A DNA stretch of 48,336 nt from Candidatus Xenobia bacterium (GTDB taxonomy: Bacteria; Vulcanimicrobiota; Xenobia; Xenobiales; QWHO01): the NCBI GenBank assembly GCA_045863235.1, contig BTUM01000060.1, forward strand, positions 1 to 48,336. The letters run 5' to 3'. A model generated the notes under the pieces. The model was not told the DNA's origin. It did not search any database and was given only the letters and a program-made list of their open reading frames with translations. A program made the position numbers and the translations under genes. This document shows, in pieces, positions 47,873 through 48,336 of the stretch (positions within the stretch are counted from its first letter, which is position 1; the number at the start of each line of letters is the position of its first letter).

Positions 47873-48336
47873 CCTGGCTCCACCAAACTCAGACTGGCGT
47901 GGCTCCTTAGAAGTCGCGAAACTTAGTCGGGGAGCCATTCTAGAACCCCCATGTAGGTTCTCCGGGTAAGGGCGATGGCTGAAGTGTTTAGCAGGAAACC
48001 CTGATTTGATAAGATTTTTTCACTCTGGGTGGGCCAACTGTGAACAGAAAGGAATTCTTTCGCACGGATGCCGTTCTGGCTGCTTATCGAGGTCCTGGCG
48101 CTAGGCCGGGCCCAGAGCTCAGGTGATCAAACGGTGATCAAGAATCCTCACTGAGCGCCTGTGACCAAGACCTGAACTGAATCCTAATGTCCTCGCGTAG
48201 GTTCCCTACGTGAGAACGATGCGTTAAGTTCCGGACTCCTCTGCACGCCTGGCTTCCATGAGCTGGACAAAGTAGGGGGCGCTGAAAATTCCGGTCAAGA
48301 ACTGGACATGGATCCGGGGTCAATCCGGTTTAAAAT

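Overview
High-GC bacterial window. The gene style (minor-pilin trios, many apparently leaderless genes, orphan secreted proteins) suggests a poorly studied lineage, possibly Ca. Eremiobacterota; this is inference only. The first ~33 kb is a hypoxia/fermentation island. It holds split transhydrogenase (pntAB), a DHODH-like protein with pyruvate:ferredoxin oxidoreductase, Zn-ADH, CoA-disulfide reductase-rhodanese, USP, a Crp/Fnr regulator, a c-type heme protein, fhs, a P-type ATPase, GalT-like, patatin, CBS and Rieske proteins, and a group 3b [NiFe]-hydrogenase operon. Eight palindromic TGAY-N4-RTCA boxes each lie 23-24 nt from a TAnnnT -10 element, giving 10 promoters and a readable class II Crp/Fnr-type regulon. 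The top candidate for a new system is a four-gene RiPP cluster at 33129-35360. It has a PlpY/PcpY-like small protein, a 150-aa precursor with five tandem GPPVQALYGVAIGG cores, a splicease-type (PlpX-like) radical SAM/SPASM enzyme and a small unknown protein. This is a probable multi-core 'spliceotide' (Tyr excision at LYG) with a non-Nif11 leader. The remainder has PilX/V/W-like minor pilins, a multicopper oxidase with TolC, secreted PKD-like proteins, DUF979/DUF969, a Tat-exported BBE-like oxidase and a Fic pseudogene fragment. No rRNA, tRNA, CRISPR array or intact transposase was recognised.
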